From: a virus
Length of the DNA: 64,000 nucleotides
Strand: one strand, 5' to 3'
Virus record (IMG/VR): IMGVR_UViG_3300032257_000479
Location: 96,001 to 160,000 of that record
Under the pieces are notes generated by a model. That model had not been told where the DNA came from, did not search any database, and was given only the letters and a program-made list of their open reading frames with translations. This document shows positions 49,124-59,455 of the stretch, piece after piece. Both the position numbers and the translations under genes were made by a program. Numbering within the stretch: position 1 is the stretch's first letter; the number at the start of each line of letters is the position of its first letter.

Positions 49124-49800
49124 TACCAACCCACAAACGCTTTATCTTTTATGTCTTTTATGCTACCGGATTCTATCATAGAATATGGTATATCTTGGAA
49201 CCATTTGTTGTTTGCATGCACAAATATGTTAAACGAAGCGATTAAAGCGCTCTCCCCATATGCTTCGTATAATCCATCAGATATTTTCTTTAGGTCACCC
49301 CTGGACAAAGTGTATGTTTCCACATTTTGTCCAGCAAGTCTTTTCCATCCCCAATTTTCTTTTGCATACAAAACAGCGTCCCCGTGACCAGATGCAACAT
49401 CTGCCTCTTTTCCGCTCGCTCCGTTTATTTTCAATATGTCAGATAGGACAGTATTATTTACAGCTATTTCAAAAAAAGTTTCGCCATTATTAATGGGTGA
49501 GCCATTGTTCATATTATGAAGAGCCAATTGTCTTTCTTCTTCAGGTATAAAACCTTCTATCCTTATCATGTGTTCAACTATGCTTGCCCAATCTTGTTGA
49601 ATATAGCTTTCTATAAATTCGGAACTTGAAGGATCATCAAATTCATTTAAATCTAAATAGGTTTCAACAATATGTCGAAGAACATAACCTTCGTGATTAA
49701 TATCTCCAACATCTCCATCTGCATAATGAGCATTGCCAAATTGGTCAATCCAATATTCACCTTGAATCTGAGCCATTTTTATTAATTGATACCAATTCAC
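49123..49800 (-). CDS. MNWY-leader protein (MNWYQLIKMAQ), unknown domain
   Basis: GTG start, 225 aa. Confidence 0.8.
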   Translation of the reverse strand: MNWYQLIKMAQIQGEYWIDQFGNAHYADGDVGDINHEGYVLRHIVETYLDLNEFDDPSSSEFIESYIQQDWASIVEHMIRIEGFIPEEERQLALHNMNNGSPINNGETFFEIAVNNTVLSDILKINGASGKEADVASGHGDAVLYAKENWGWKRLAGQNVETYTLSRGDLKKISDGLYEAYGESALIASFNIFVHANNKWFQDIPYSMIESGSIKDIKDKAFVGW

Positions 49801-49802
49801 TA

Positions 49803-50141
49803 TTAACTTCCCAATAATTCGCAGTTTTCAAGAATTGCTTGTCTAACTGTTATTTCACTATTTTGATGATAAGGATCTCCGTTTATAATATCTTGATCCG
49901 AAAAAGAATATGTAAGAAGCATATCTTGATCTTCTGTTAATCCAGAATAGTAATCAGTGCAGAATTTTTTAGATGTTCCAAGATAAACTCCATTACCTCC
50001 CATTTCAGCAGAAGCACCTATTGTGGTGTTTATTACTTGATTAGCGTCATACAAAGATCTGGCTGATTGACCATCCCAGGCTACAATTTTGTAGCCGAAC
50101 AGTTTTTGCTGAGATGTTTTTAGTAAACCAAACCAATTCAT
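49803..50141 (-). CDS. MNWF-leader protein (MNWFGLLKTSQ), possible ADP-ribosyltransferase-like fold
   Basis: GYK...GNGVYLGTS.....YY...LL.Y...SEI resembles an ART core; weak. Confidence 0.7.
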   Translation of the reverse strand: MNWFGLLKTSQQKLFGYKIVAWDGQSARSLYDANQVINTTIGASAEMGGNGVYLGTSKKFCTDYYSGLTEDQDMLLTYSFSDQDIINGDPYHQNSEITVRQAILENCELLGS

Positions 50142-50143
50142 TA

Positions 50144-50365
50144 TTAAGCTAACCTTTGTTGCATTAGATTTATAACAGATTGCTCATCATATCCTTTTGA
50201 AATATAATCAACAGCTTCATCTATAAGATGTTGTTGTTGACTCGCATCCAGATTGCGACTTCTCGATAAGCCTTTTATCATTTGAACAATTCTGCTTTTA
50301 GATTTTTGATCATCTTGATAACCAATAAAACTGTCTGCTTTTTTAATTTGAGAATACCAGTTCAA
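50144..50365 (-). CDS. MNWY-leader small helical protein (MNWYSQIKKAD)
   Basis: TTG start after AAGGAG, promoter element GACGATAA at 50410-50417. Confidence 0.8.
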   Translation of the reverse strand: MNWYSQIKKADSFIGYQDDQKSKSRIVQMIKGLSRSRNLDASQQQHLIDEAVDYISKGYDEQSVINLMQQRLA

Positions 50366-50444
50366 TTAATAGCTCCTTATCTGTAAAAAAATGCCAAGAT
50401 AGATAATATTTATCGTCTTGGCATCAAAATCCTTCTTATTCTTA

Positions 50445-51125
50445 TTAGCTGCTGAATTCGTTCCTAAAACTTTCGTCATATTCATTGCTAAATTTCAGTA
50501 GTTTTAGCATTGCCAATTTGGGGTCTCCATCATTATTTATTCCAACAAAAGCATCTATCTTCTTTTTGTTTTTATAAAACCATTTCTTTTCGCTATCCCA
50601 CAAAGAAAGACCATCCTCATCTTGATTTATATACAATTTTAAAAAAGAAGATTTTATTCCAGCGACTATTGCGTTATCTGTTTCTCTTTCTTCTAATAAT
50701 GCGTTTGCAGTTTTTATTGTCCACGGCGAAGTGTTTGGGCAATGCTTATCCAAATATTCTAAGTCTGCTGCAATAGTCTTTTTCGCCTGTCTTCTTCCTG
50801 CCCCTTTGCTTTTTGGGTTTTCGACAAGGCCCATTGCTGATTCTTTATCATACCATAGCTGAAGTCTATCAACAAGGAGCTGCAATTCATTTTCTCTCAT
50901 GGAAGAGGATTCTAAAGATACAACTTTTTGCCACATATCATAGCACTCTTGGCCAGCTTTAGATTTCTTTTCCCAGTAAGCTGTCTCTACCCTTTTGTCT
51001 TGAGTGTCCGCCATTCTAGCCAAATTTGTGAACATATCCCATGTATAATGGACTGCTCCCATCTTTTTCGCAAACAAAGGCATTAATTCCGTGTCAAATA
51101 TTTCTTCTGCTTTTTTTGTACTCAT
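50445..51125 (-). CDS. Hypothetical protein
   Basis: 226 aa, ATG 6 nt after GTCGATAA. Confidence 0.8.
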   Translation of the reverse strand: MSTKKAEEIFDTELMPLFAKKMGAVHYTWDMFTNLARMADTQDKRVETAYWEKKSKAGQECYDMWQKVVSLESSSMRENELQLLVDRLQLWYDKESAMGLVENPKSKGAGRRQAKKTIAADLEYLDKHCPNTSPWTIKTANALLEERETDNAIVAGIKSSFLKLYINQDEDGLSLWDSEKKWFYKNKKKIDAFVGINNDGDPKLAMLKLLKFSNEYDESFRNEFSS

Positions 51126-51169
51126 AATAATTTATCGACTCATAACAATAAATTGTTACAAACAAACAC

Positions 51170-51379
51170 TTATATGGGATAATCTGTAGGGTCAGGCTCT
51201 GCTGGAACATCATCAGCATCCATGAAAAATGATCTTATTTTTGCAAGCCTATTCATTTTCACCCAAGCTCTATGGTGAATGTTAAAATCGGCCCAATCGC
51301 CAGTTGGGGGAACTATCTTGCCTGCAATAATAGAGGCCATAATTTCTTCTTCAACATATGCTGGATCTGGTTCAGGCAT
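51170..51379 (-). CDS. Small hypothetical protein
   Basis: GGAG SD, EPDP motif at both ends. Confidence 0.65.
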   Translation of the reverse strand: MPEPDPAYVEEEIMASIIAGKIVPPTGDWADFNIHHRAWVKMNRLAKIRSFFMDADDVPAEPDPTDYPI

Positions 51380-51397
51380 TTTATTCTCCCATTATAC

Positions 51398-51904
51398 TTA
51401 ATAGCCGCTTCTTTGCTTCTCCAGAAAAGCGTCAGTTTCTGGTCTTTCTTTTGAATCATAAAAAGATGGCTCAGTTTGAATAGATGAAAAATCAAGAACA
51501 ATCAAAGCAGGAAAAGATTTGAATCCCATTTGAATTAAAGAATCAAACCTATGAGCACCCTCAAGCAAATAAGGATAAGGCTCTTCATCATAAACAATTA
51601 TCAAAGGCTCTATCGATTGATTCTGCTGAATCTCCTGACCCAAAGAATGTAAATAATCTTTTTCCGACTGATTATTCGCGGAAGAAGAAAGATTCTCAAA
51701 AACAGAAAATGGAACCTCTCTAACGCCAGGCAAAGATTCCCATTTAGTAAAACTAGCATCAAGAGAAGACATGGAATTACCAATAGGTCTAATAGCCATG
51801 CTGCCAAAAGAACTTATAGAAGGAAAACTATTCGCAACCTGATAATTAGGATGCGATTGAATTCCGACCTCTTGAGCAATTTTTATTTGCCTATACCAAT
51901 TCAT
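51398..51904 (-). CDS. MNWY-leader ParB/Srx-like domain protein (MNWYRQIKIAQ)
   Basis: L.QEI.....IEPLII......LLEGAHR...L...G....PALI. Confidence 0.8.
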   Translation of the reverse strand: MNWYRQIKIAQEVGIQSHPNYQVANSFPSISSFGSMAIRPIGNSMSSLDASFTKWESLPGVREVPFSVFENLSSSANNQSEKDYLHSLGQEIQQNQSIEPLIIVYDEEPYPYLLEGAHRFDSLIQMGFKSFPALIVLDFSSIQTEPSFYDSKERPETDAFLEKQRSGY

Positions 51905-53508
51905 ACAACTCGAATCCTTATTTTTGTTATTCTGCTTTTTATATTTGGATTCAACTTATTGTAAACCCTTGCCTTAATAACAGTATTATCAGAACCAGTT
52001 AAGTTTCTATTTAAGACAAGTGGACCAGAATACAATTTACTCTTACTTGTTGGATTCTTACCATTTGTAGTATATCGAACCTCATGGTTCGAGTCAGTTT
52101 CTTCCAAAACAATAGTTGCAGGCCTTGATACAGGAAGCTCCAATGGCATCTCTTCAATATCATGACCAGATCTCCTTGTTGAATAAGAATTGTTCTTTAT
52201 GCTAAAGGATGGAGAAGCTATAGCTGAAGGAGGAGTTGTTGTTCCTATAACTCTTGTTGTCGCAGGATCTAGCACCCAGTTCTCCTCCTGAAAATGCCAT
52301 TCAATATCTTTCGCAAACGCTATCGCATCTTTCGCCGCATTTGGGTGAACGCCTACATCTAATTCAATACCATCTGTAACAACTGTTCCGTCAAGTTGAG
52401 TAGCTCTTCCATCTGGAGTTAATCCGTCGTAAGAATCCCACATACTTATATAGCCGTAAGTATTTTCGGTGCAAATATCAAGAAGATCGCTAGCTTTTGA
52501 TGCGGTCATTGCATGAGAGACATCAGCATTCCAAGGGGCAATACATAAAACATCAGGTGACGAATATCCATTATCTGTATGAGCATCTTTCCATGTATCT
52601 ATGAGGGACTCCATGTTCGCTTTATAAGCACCAGAGTCTTCAGCATTATGTCCAGTCATGAATATAATCAAATCATAACCCTCTGCAACATCAATTAATG
52701 ACTTTCTTGCTGCAACGCTTTGCCTGTTTACCAAATCATAAGCAGACCAAGAAGACCTTGCTGTATTTGTTAGAACAAGTCCTGTGCTAGGGAATGTTTC
52801 TCCGGATGGGGAGTTGTAGATGAGAGAGCCTAGAATCTGAAGCTCCCTATTCGTATCATTGTTATTAGAATCTTTTACTACGATACCGACCGGAGAAGAA
52901 CCAGAACCGGGGAATGTCGCCTCATTTCGAATGGGCCAGTTCAATATTCTTAACGCATCCGATGCATCAAATACAACAGGGTCTCCGCCTATACCGAAAT
53001 CTTCCGAAGCTCCATTTGATGTTCCTCGTCTTTCTGCGATCCTCATTCTTGCAAAAGTTCCAGCGGCATCCCTAAGAATGGTTCTACTGTTTTTGCGAGC
53101 ATCCAAGTCAATAGCATTTGTGTGTCCTCCAACAGCCCACTGATAAGTTCCTAAGTTAGAAAAGTTAGGACTTATAGTGCCTGCAACATCCCATGAACGG
53201 CTATGCTGAATGTGATCGCTTGTATTTCCATCTCCCCAGTTAGTTTGTTGGATAAGCGAAGTTCTGGTAATCGTTGCTCCAAAATCGCTTGAATCAGGAT
53301 TTGCCGAATGAGATTGCCCAACAGCGGCATTTCCTACTCCATGAATAAAAGCTCCAACATGCTGTATTGCCCATTTCTGAGTTTGACCAACCCATCTCTC
53401 CTCTGTTCTAAGAGATTGGGAATCTCCAACAATGAGAACCTTCGTTAATGAAGAAGAAGCTCTTGTTGGTAAAACTATTTTATCTAAATTTTTATTTAAT
53501 TGAGCCAT
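51901..53508 (-). CDS. SGNH-hydrolase-like protein with C-terminal Fn3-associated (CHB_HEX_C-type) module
   Basis: IVGDSQS, MTGHN, VHPN; tail EVRYTTNGKNPTSKS.LY.....IKAR. Confidence 0.75.
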   Translation of the reverse strand: MAQLNKNLDKIVLPTRASSSLTKVLIVGDSQSLRTEERWVGQTQKWAIQHVGAFIHGVGNAAVGQSHSANPDSSDFGATITRTSLIQQTNWGDGNTSDHIQHSRSWDVAGTISPNFSNLGTYQWAVGGHTNAIDLDARKNSRTILRDAAGTFARMRIAERRGTSNGASEDFGIGGDPVVFDASDALRILNWPIRNEATFPGSGSSPVGIVVKDSNNNDTNRELQILGSLIYNSPSGETFPSTGLVLTNTARSSWSAYDLVNRQSVAARKSLIDVAEGYDLIIFMTGHNAEDSGAYKANMESLIDTWKDAHTDNGYSSPDVLCIAPWNADVSHAMTASKASDLLDICTENTYGYISMWDSYDGLTPDGRATQLDGTVVTDGIELDVGVHPNAAKDAIAFAKDIEWHFQEENWVLDPATTRVIGTTTPPSAIASPSFSIKNNSYSTRRSGHDIEEMPLELPVSRPATIVLEETDSNHEVRYTTNGKNPTSKSKLYSGPLVLNRNLTGSDNTVIKARVYNKLNPNIKSRITKIRIRVV

Positions 53509-53516
53509 AATATTCC

Positions 53517-53999
53517 TTAAATATAATTATCACCCGATTCGTGATCATCGTAACCATCGTTGTAAAGTTCTTCCTGAGGTTCCTGATGTTTTATTATTGA
53601 ATCTCTAACAAAATTCATCATAGTTGCAGGTACTGCGTTTTGAGATTGAAAGATTTGACTGCCCACAATCTGAGAATCAGTCAGAACAGAAACATTTGCT
53701 CTCAATAAATTCTGAGAAGGCTGATTGTTTACGCCCTTCAAAGTTCCAGTCCCCATTTCCCCAAAAGTTGAACCCTGAACCATTTCTGAAAATTGTAATT
53801 GAATACGACAAGCGTAATTTACATTATTAAATATTGAATTGAAACGAAAACTGACATTTCTTCCGTCGTTTATGGAACTTGCCCTTGGATCAAAAATTAC
53901 GCCAGCGTCCTTCAAAATAAAATCCGCGGTATTGGAAAGATGATCGTAAAAACGAACCCACCAATCTGTCTCAAGTTGAGCTATTTTATACCAATTCAT
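53517..53999 (-). CDS. MNWY-leader protein (MNWYKIAQ), unknown domain
   Basis: 160 aa, ATGA overlap with the upstream gene. Confidence 0.8.
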   Translation of the reverse strand: MNWYKIAQLETDWWVRFYDHLSNTADFILKDAGVIFDPRASSINDGRNVSFRFNSIFNNVNYACRIQLQFSEMVQGSTFGEMGTGTLKGVNNQPSQNLLRANVSVLTDSQIVGSQIFQSQNAVPATMMNFVRDSIIKHQEPQEELYNDGYDDHESGDNYI

Positions 54000-56320
54000 A
54001 CAATCCTTAATCTTATCTTAACTATTCTACTCTTAATGTTAGAGTTTAATCTATGATATATCCTTGCCTTAATAATAGTATTGTCAGAACCAGTTAAATT
54101 CCTTGTTATGGTTAATGGCTCTACATATAAGTTACTCTTACTTGTTGGATTCTTACCATTTACAGTGTAACGAACTTCATAATCAGGATGAACTGTCTCT
54201 AAAGTAACCGTTGAACTACCGCTAACATCAACCTGTTCAACCATTGACTCTATGTTTGCATCAACAAATCTTGTATCATATGAAGATCCGTCTACGCTAA
54301 AGGTAGGAGATGGAGTTGAACTTGGAGCAAGAAGAGTGCTTAATGATCTGCCAAAAGAGCCAGCAGACAACAAATTTGCCATAAAATTAGCTGTATACAA
54401 TCTATCGCCAGAACCATCTACCCCTAAGATAAAGTGGACATCATCATTAGACCCTAGATAATAATCAGTTATTGTATCATCAAATTCAGACCAAAATAAT
54501 AAGTCTGGCCTATTTTTACTAAGTAACATAGCTTTTACATTTGTGTTCAAGTAATCATAAGCATCATGGACATATGATTGCCAGTTTTGCCCTGATTCGC
54601 CTAGGGGCGGCTTGATCGCCTTACCTATCCATAAGGTTATATTATTTTCAATACAAGAATCAACTAATGTTTCCATTTTTGCAAATATCTCATCTCTAGT
54701 AGTTATAACGCTTCCTTCAATAGTCCTTACAGGAGATAAATCATTTATAATCCACTCAAGGACAACAAGCGAATGACCAGCGAACAATGGTAATGCCGCT
54801 GAGTTTTCATCTACAAAATCTGTTATTTCGTTTCCTGAACGACCAATTGTTGTAAATGCATAACCTGAAGATAAATCATATTCTCTTGCCAAGTAACCTG
54901 GGAAAAGGTTGCTCGACCAAGCTCTAGGAAAAGCAGCCCAAGTTCTATTAAACATGTGTTGAGTTGGAGCTGCCAAGCCGCTTACGTCTGCGCCAACAAA
55001 GGATGATACCAATCCGGAGAATTCCTTAACCATTCCAGTAATCCCGTCAATTTCGCAGTCGTTAGCTATAAAATCAATGTTTTCATAATGAGATGAAGCT
55101 AATCCGCCAGAATTTGTTATATCGATATCTGCATATTGAATAGTTTCAGAGGTTTCGAAATTATTACTTAGATCTTCTAGGCCAACTCTTAATTTTCCAT
55201 CATAACGATTTAGCCTCAAACAATATCTTGAAGAATCGCTATAGGTCATAATGTTTTGAGCAGCATAAACTCCATGCTTAATTTTTACGTTCCCGTCTTC
55301 AAATATAATTCTACCAAGCTCAGAACCTGTTGTAAACACAATAGATAATGATCCTCCGCTATTTATAAGAAGGCCGTTTATCAAGACCATATTCATCCTG
55401 GTGGAATTTATTGTTTCAAATGGTTGCCTCAAAGAACCTGTTGATCCTGTAGAAGTTACAACAAATCTCCTTCTCGCTGGGTTCGTTCCGCCTGTAGCAT
55501 ATTTTACAGAAGTCACTTCTGCTGCATCTGACCATATCCAGAATCCTCGATCATTTTCAGTTTCCGATATGCCAACATCCGCAAATCTAAATATACAATC
55601 AGAATTTGCTTCTTCGCTATATTTTGGCAAGAACTCAAAGTCATCAGTTATTACTCGAATCATGCCATCGCGATCGCCATATATCCTGTAAGTAACCCTA
55701 TCATCTGGAACATCCGGTATTTTCCATTGAGCAATTCGATCAGCATTAATGCCTGACATTCCGTTTGCTCCAGAATCAACATTCGTATATTCAACTCCAT
55801 CTACAAACATCCTAACCCATCCTGGATCATCGAACTCACAATCAATGGCAAACTCATACAAAGTAGAAAATTTCAAACCTTCTGATGCATTAATCCCATC
55901 TTCAGTGGACGTTCCGCCAAACTCGGCTCCCTCAAACCTAAACCCTTCTCCGCTATAAAAATTTGTTCCATGACGCAAAGAGAAAATAGATCTTTCTCCG
56001 GAAACAGTATCAAAGAATCTTTCTCCCCCTCCAAGATCTGTGTAATCTATAGTCGAATTCTTAATTAACATAATGCCAGCCTGAATTCGAACTCTATCGC
56101 CAACCGAGCCAAATATGCTACCAGAATCGATAATATCTATTAAATCATCAGAACCTCCAGTATTGGCGTGCTCTATGTAATTTCCGTTAGAATCAGACCC
56201 GTGAGTCCAGTTTGCATCTAAACCGCCAATACCTGTAGCTGCTCCGCCTCTCGTCGAAAGCTCTGTAGCTGCTCCTGATGTTGCCCAAAGGCTTGTGTCT
56301 ATCTCTAATAGTGGTGCCAT
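53996..56320 (-). CDS. Beta-sandwich (LamG-like) + SGNH-like + Fn3-associated module protein
   Basis: VRMFVDGVE, IGRSGN, WIIND, DDVHF; shared C-terminal module. Confidence 0.7.
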   Translation of the reverse strand: MAPLLEIDTSLWATSGAATELSTRGGAATGIGGLDANWTHGSDSNGNYIEHANTGGSDDLIDIIDSGSIFGSVGDRVRIQAGIMLIKNSTIDYTDLGGGERFFDTVSGERSIFSLRHGTNFYSGEGFRFEGAEFGGTSTEDGINASEGLKFSTLYEFAIDCEFDDPGWVRMFVDGVEYTNVDSGANGMSGINADRIAQWKIPDVPDDRVTYRIYGDRDGMIRVITDDFEFLPKYSEEANSDCIFRFADVGISETENDRGFWIWSDAAEVTSVKYATGGTNPARRRFVVTSTGSTGSLRQPFETINSTRMNMVLINGLLINSGGSLSIVFTTGSELGRIIFEDGNVKIKHGVYAAQNIMTYSDSSRYCLRLNRYDGKLRVGLEDLSNNFETSETIQYADIDITNSGGLASSHYENIDFIANDCEIDGITGMVKEFSGLVSSFVGADVSGLAAPTQHMFNRTWAAFPRAWSSNLFPGYLAREYDLSSGYAFTTIGRSGNEITDFVDENSAALPLFAGHSLVVLEWIINDLSPVRTIEGSVITTRDEIFAKMETLVDSCIENNITLWIGKAIKPPLGESGQNWQSYVHDAYDYLNTNVKAMLLSKNRPDLLFWSEFDDTITDYYLGSNDDVHFILGVDGSGDRLYTANFMANLLSAGSFGRSLSTLLAPSSTPSPTFSVDGSSYDTRFVDANIESMVEQVDVSGSSTVTLETVHPDYEVRYTVNGKNPTSKSNLYVEPLTITRNLTGSDNTIIKARIYHRLNSNIKSRIVKIRLRIV

Positions 56321-56335
56321 TGTTTTTCCTTGTTA

Positions 56336-58279
56336 TTATATAGCGTTTATGTCCATTTTGGTTATTCTGCTATGAATGTTTGGATTTAATTTATGATATA
56401 TTCTTGCCTTAATAATAGTATTATCAGAGCCAGTAAGGTTCCTGTTTAAAACAATTGAACCAGAATATAATTTACTTTTACTTGTTGGGTTTTTACCATT
56501 CGTTGTGTATCGTATTTCATAGTCAGACCCAACATCTTCAAAAACAACAGAAACAGGCTTTGAGGCATTTCTTTTCTCAATTGTTGATTCAATATTTGGA
56601 TCAGTTAACCTTGTACCACAAGAACATGAATTTATGGTAAATGAAGGAGCAGGCGTATCTTTCGGAGCAACACTCGCATTAAGATTTCTTGCGCTGGAAA
56701 CAAAAGCTGTTCGCTTGCTCAATTCGGCCATCATCCACAAATGAGGTCTAACTGCCTCTGAATGTCCTATCATATTTGGGTGAGGCGTATTGCCTCTATA
56801 ACCCATTTCCCAAGAAGCCCAGTGGTCGCCTGCAAATTGAGACTCTAAAGCAAAACCTCCAGCAGTTGCCGTTTGAGCTAAAACAACATTGTCATAAAGT
56901 GTTTGTCCGCTTGAATATTTTTCATGTTGAGCATCGCCTGCATAATAGCCTTCAGTAGAAGTTGACTCAGCAAGAGTTGCGGTCATAAACGTTTCCATGT
57001 CCGCTGCTACAGATCCCTGATTTGCTAAATGAGCAATAAGAACTTTCATGTTAAGAATATTGCATAATTCTCCAAACCAAGAATTTCTAGGCCATGCCTC
57101 TAATTGATTTCCATATCCGTTTCCAGACCATCCAGCACCGCCAATAGCAAACCCGGTTATGTTTGTTCGTATAACGCTCATTCCTAGCATAAAATTCAAA
57201 CCAGTTGTATTTGTTATTCTTACACCTCTATACTCAGAGGCAGTTGTTGGCATTGTATAGGTTTCTTTTCCAATAGAATATGGCCCAAAATGAAGAACAT
57301 CTCCAGTGGTCGGAGCTGTTTCAAAATCCCATTTTACAACAAAGCTATCTGCGGTTTTTGATACAATAACTCCAATGCAAACAAAGCTTAATCCATCATC
57401 AACCATTACTGCATGGTCAACTTGAACATCAGCAAATCCAACAGGAGCAGAGTCAAAAGCAAATGTTTTTGTTCCAGAAGTATAAGAATCAGAAGCTGTC
57501 ATTGTGTGGTCTAAAACAGACCCGCTGTCAGCGTCTATTTCTATATTAACAGGATCTTCAGGAGCAAAGTTCCCCTGTTCGCTTGAAGCATCTGCCGTAA
57601 CATGTTCCCATCTCCAAGTACCAAAACCAGGTCCTTTCATATAAACAAGATTGCATTCAGCTTCTTCTGAATTAATAAGAAGAGAATCTCCCTCAAGAGG
57701 GTATCTCCCTTCGTGAAGACCGCCAGTGCCAAAAAGAGAATCAACTCCTGATGGCAAACTAGCTTCAACCATATTTCTTTGATATTGAGTGAAAGCATTT
57801 GCTCCTGTATCTAGAGCTACACCGCCTCCAGGTCCTCTTAGATTTGAATATCCCTGAAAACCAAAATGAGCTAAGTCATAATACCTTGAATCAGTTCTTG
57901 CATTTCCCACGTTAGCACCAAAAGTCCAAGGAGTTGCTGGAACATCAATGCCAAACCCTCTACGAGATAATATTTCAAAACCGCTAAATGAAACTCCGTT
58001 CAATCTAGGGTAAAGCCATCTTGCATATCCATTAGAAAGAGATCTTGACCAGAGTCTGTCATTGGAATCATTTGTTGCGCCTTCTCTAGAGTTTGCTGTT
58101 ACTATAATGCTTATAACAGAATTTGGAGCAGTTTGGTCCACATAATATTTTCCAATTTTCCACAAGTGCCTAGATGGAACATCAACATAGGTGTCTGCAG
58201 TTTGACCCACACCAGGAACAGGAACAGAATTAAAAAACGTAGATGACGGAAATACTTCAGGGGTTATTGTTTCACTCAT
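56336..58279 (-). CDS. SGNH-like + Fn3-associated module protein
   Basis: ANSRE, GWSGNG, HLANQG, HPNMIGH; shared C-terminal module. Confidence 0.7.
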   Translation of the reverse strand: MSETITPEVFPSSTFFNSVPVPGVGQTADTYVDVPSRHLWKIGKYYVDQTAPNSVISIIVTANSREGATNDSNDRLWSRSLSNGYARWLYPRLNGVSFSGFEILSRRGFGIDVPATPWTFGANVGNARTDSRYYDLAHFGFQGYSNLRGPGGGVALDTGANAFTQYQRNMVEASLPSGVDSLFGTGGLHEGRYPLEGDSLLINSEEAECNLVYMKGPGFGTWRWEHVTADASSEQGNFAPEDPVNIEIDADSGSVLDHTMTASDSYTSGTKTFAFDSAPVGFADVQVDHAVMVDDGLSFVCIGVIVSKTADSFVVKWDFETAPTTGDVLHFGPYSIGKETYTMPTTASEYRGVRITNTTGLNFMLGMSVIRTNITGFAIGGAGWSGNGYGNQLEAWPRNSWFGELCNILNMKVLIAHLANQGSVAADMETFMTATLAESTSTEGYYAGDAQHEKYSSGQTLYDNVVLAQTATAGGFALESQFAGDHWASWEMGYRGNTPHPNMIGHSEAVRPHLWMMAELSKRTAFVSSARNLNASVAPKDTPAPSFTINSCSCGTRLTDPNIESTIEKRNASKPVSVVFEDVGSDYEIRYTTNGKNPTSKSKLYSGSIVLNRNLTGSDNTIIKARIYHKLNPNIHSRITKMDINAI

Positions 58280-59151
58280 GATGGGTTCTCTCTGTATGGG
58301 TCAAAAAATCCTACCGGAGTAGTTGTATGTATGGTTGTGTCCGCCTCCCAAACATGTATAGTGTCGGTTTTTGCGACTCCAGTTTCGTATCTATATGTTA
58401 AAATGTCTTGAGGGTTTGTTAAAACATCTGTTATAATTGGCCCTTCAACATTTGAAGAGCTTCCTCTTTCTCCAACATTTGATCCCGGAAAATGAGGAAG
58501 AGCAAAAATTCCGTCATGAGATGGACCAGGCAAATTTCCAGAAGCCGCTTGAGTCCAAGGGTGAATATTTTTTGCATCCCATATTGTTGTTATGTCATCT
58601 TCATCTATTATAATATCATCCCAAAAACACAATGAACCCATTGCCCCATGCCAAACCTGAGCGCCTAAGCTTGCAAAAGTAGTGAATACCCTAAGCTCTC
58701 CATTAAGATTAACATCAGCGGAAGGAACAACGCTTGTTGGCCAAGCACTTGCATTTATTGCTGTTGGGTCATCATCTGTTTCATATATTGCCCATACCTT
58801 TGTATCAAGATTCAGTCCAGTAAGATCTATGTAACCTGCCCAAAGAGACCATTCTCCTGTGTTTACATTAAGATTAGAAGTTCCAGTTCCGCCTTGACGA
58901 TAGCTATAAGTTGTGCCGTCAGCTCTTAGTGTTGGAGCGCCAGCAGTTCCTGATACTCTTACTCCAAAATAATTGCTTGCATCTGTGTTTAATGTAAATA
59001 TATTGCGAAAAGTTCCTACGGCATCAGCTTTTCTATATACCCAAACCATAAAGCTGAATCTACTTGCATTATCTGTCATCCAGCTAGGTAAGTCTGAATT
59101 GTCGATTATGTACCCACCATCGCCTGTTGTATCTGAAAATTGTTTTAACAT
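58276..59151 (-). CDS. LamG/concanavalin-A-like domain protein
   Basis: FSFMVWV, GEW...A, WHGAMG.L.FWD..I...DI..IW. Confidence 0.7.
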   Translation of the reverse strand: MLKQFSDTTGDGGYIIDNSDLPSWMTDNASRFSFMVWVYRKADAVGTFRNIFTLNTDASNYFGVRVSGTAGAPTLRADGTTYSYRQGGTGTSNLNVNTGEWSLWAGYIDLTGLNLDTKVWAIYETDDDPTAINASAWPTSVVPSADVNLNGELRVFTTFASLGAQVWHGAMGSLCFWDDIIIDEDDITTIWDAKNIHPWTQAASGNLPGPSHDGIFALPHFPGSNVGERGSSSNVEGPIITDVLTNPQDILTYRYETGVAKTDTIHVWEADTTIHTTTPVGFFDPYRENPS

Positions 59152-59164
59152 AATTGCTCCTAAT

Positions 59165-59404
59165 TTATATTTTCTCTGGAGGATTAATCATTGGAACCTC
59201 ATCGCCCACTGATCCGTGAACTCTTTGGTATAACTCGCTAGCGGCTCTTTCTGCCGCTTCTTGTTCTGCTTGCGGATTCTCTGGTTGGGATTCGACTCTG
59301 ACCTCATAGATCATGACTCCCCTATATCTCGCCTGCTTTTCAGCGAATTGAGCAATCTTCTTTTTTGCATATGACCATGCTGGTATTTTGTTTGTGAAAT
59401 TCAT
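59165..59404 (-). CDS. Small protein with KKKIAQ motif, first gene of the 59.4-51 kb operon
   Basis: AGGGG SD and promoter upstream. Confidence 0.75.
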   Translation of the reverse strand: MNFTNKIPAWSYAKKKIAQFAEKQARYRGVMIYEVRVESQPENPQAEQEAAERAASELYQRVHGSVGDEVPMINPPEKI

Positions 59405-59428
59405 AATGACCCCTTTGTCTCTAACTGT

Positions 59429-59455
59429 ATTTCGACCAATTAGAAGGAATTCCTT
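59429..59455 (-). promoter_or_regulatory. Phage sigma28-like promoter (AAGG ... GTCGAAAT)
   Basis: Same spacing as 34734-34760. TAATTGGTCGAAA is identical to the site upstream of the tRNA (about 45390-45402). Confidence 0.6.
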
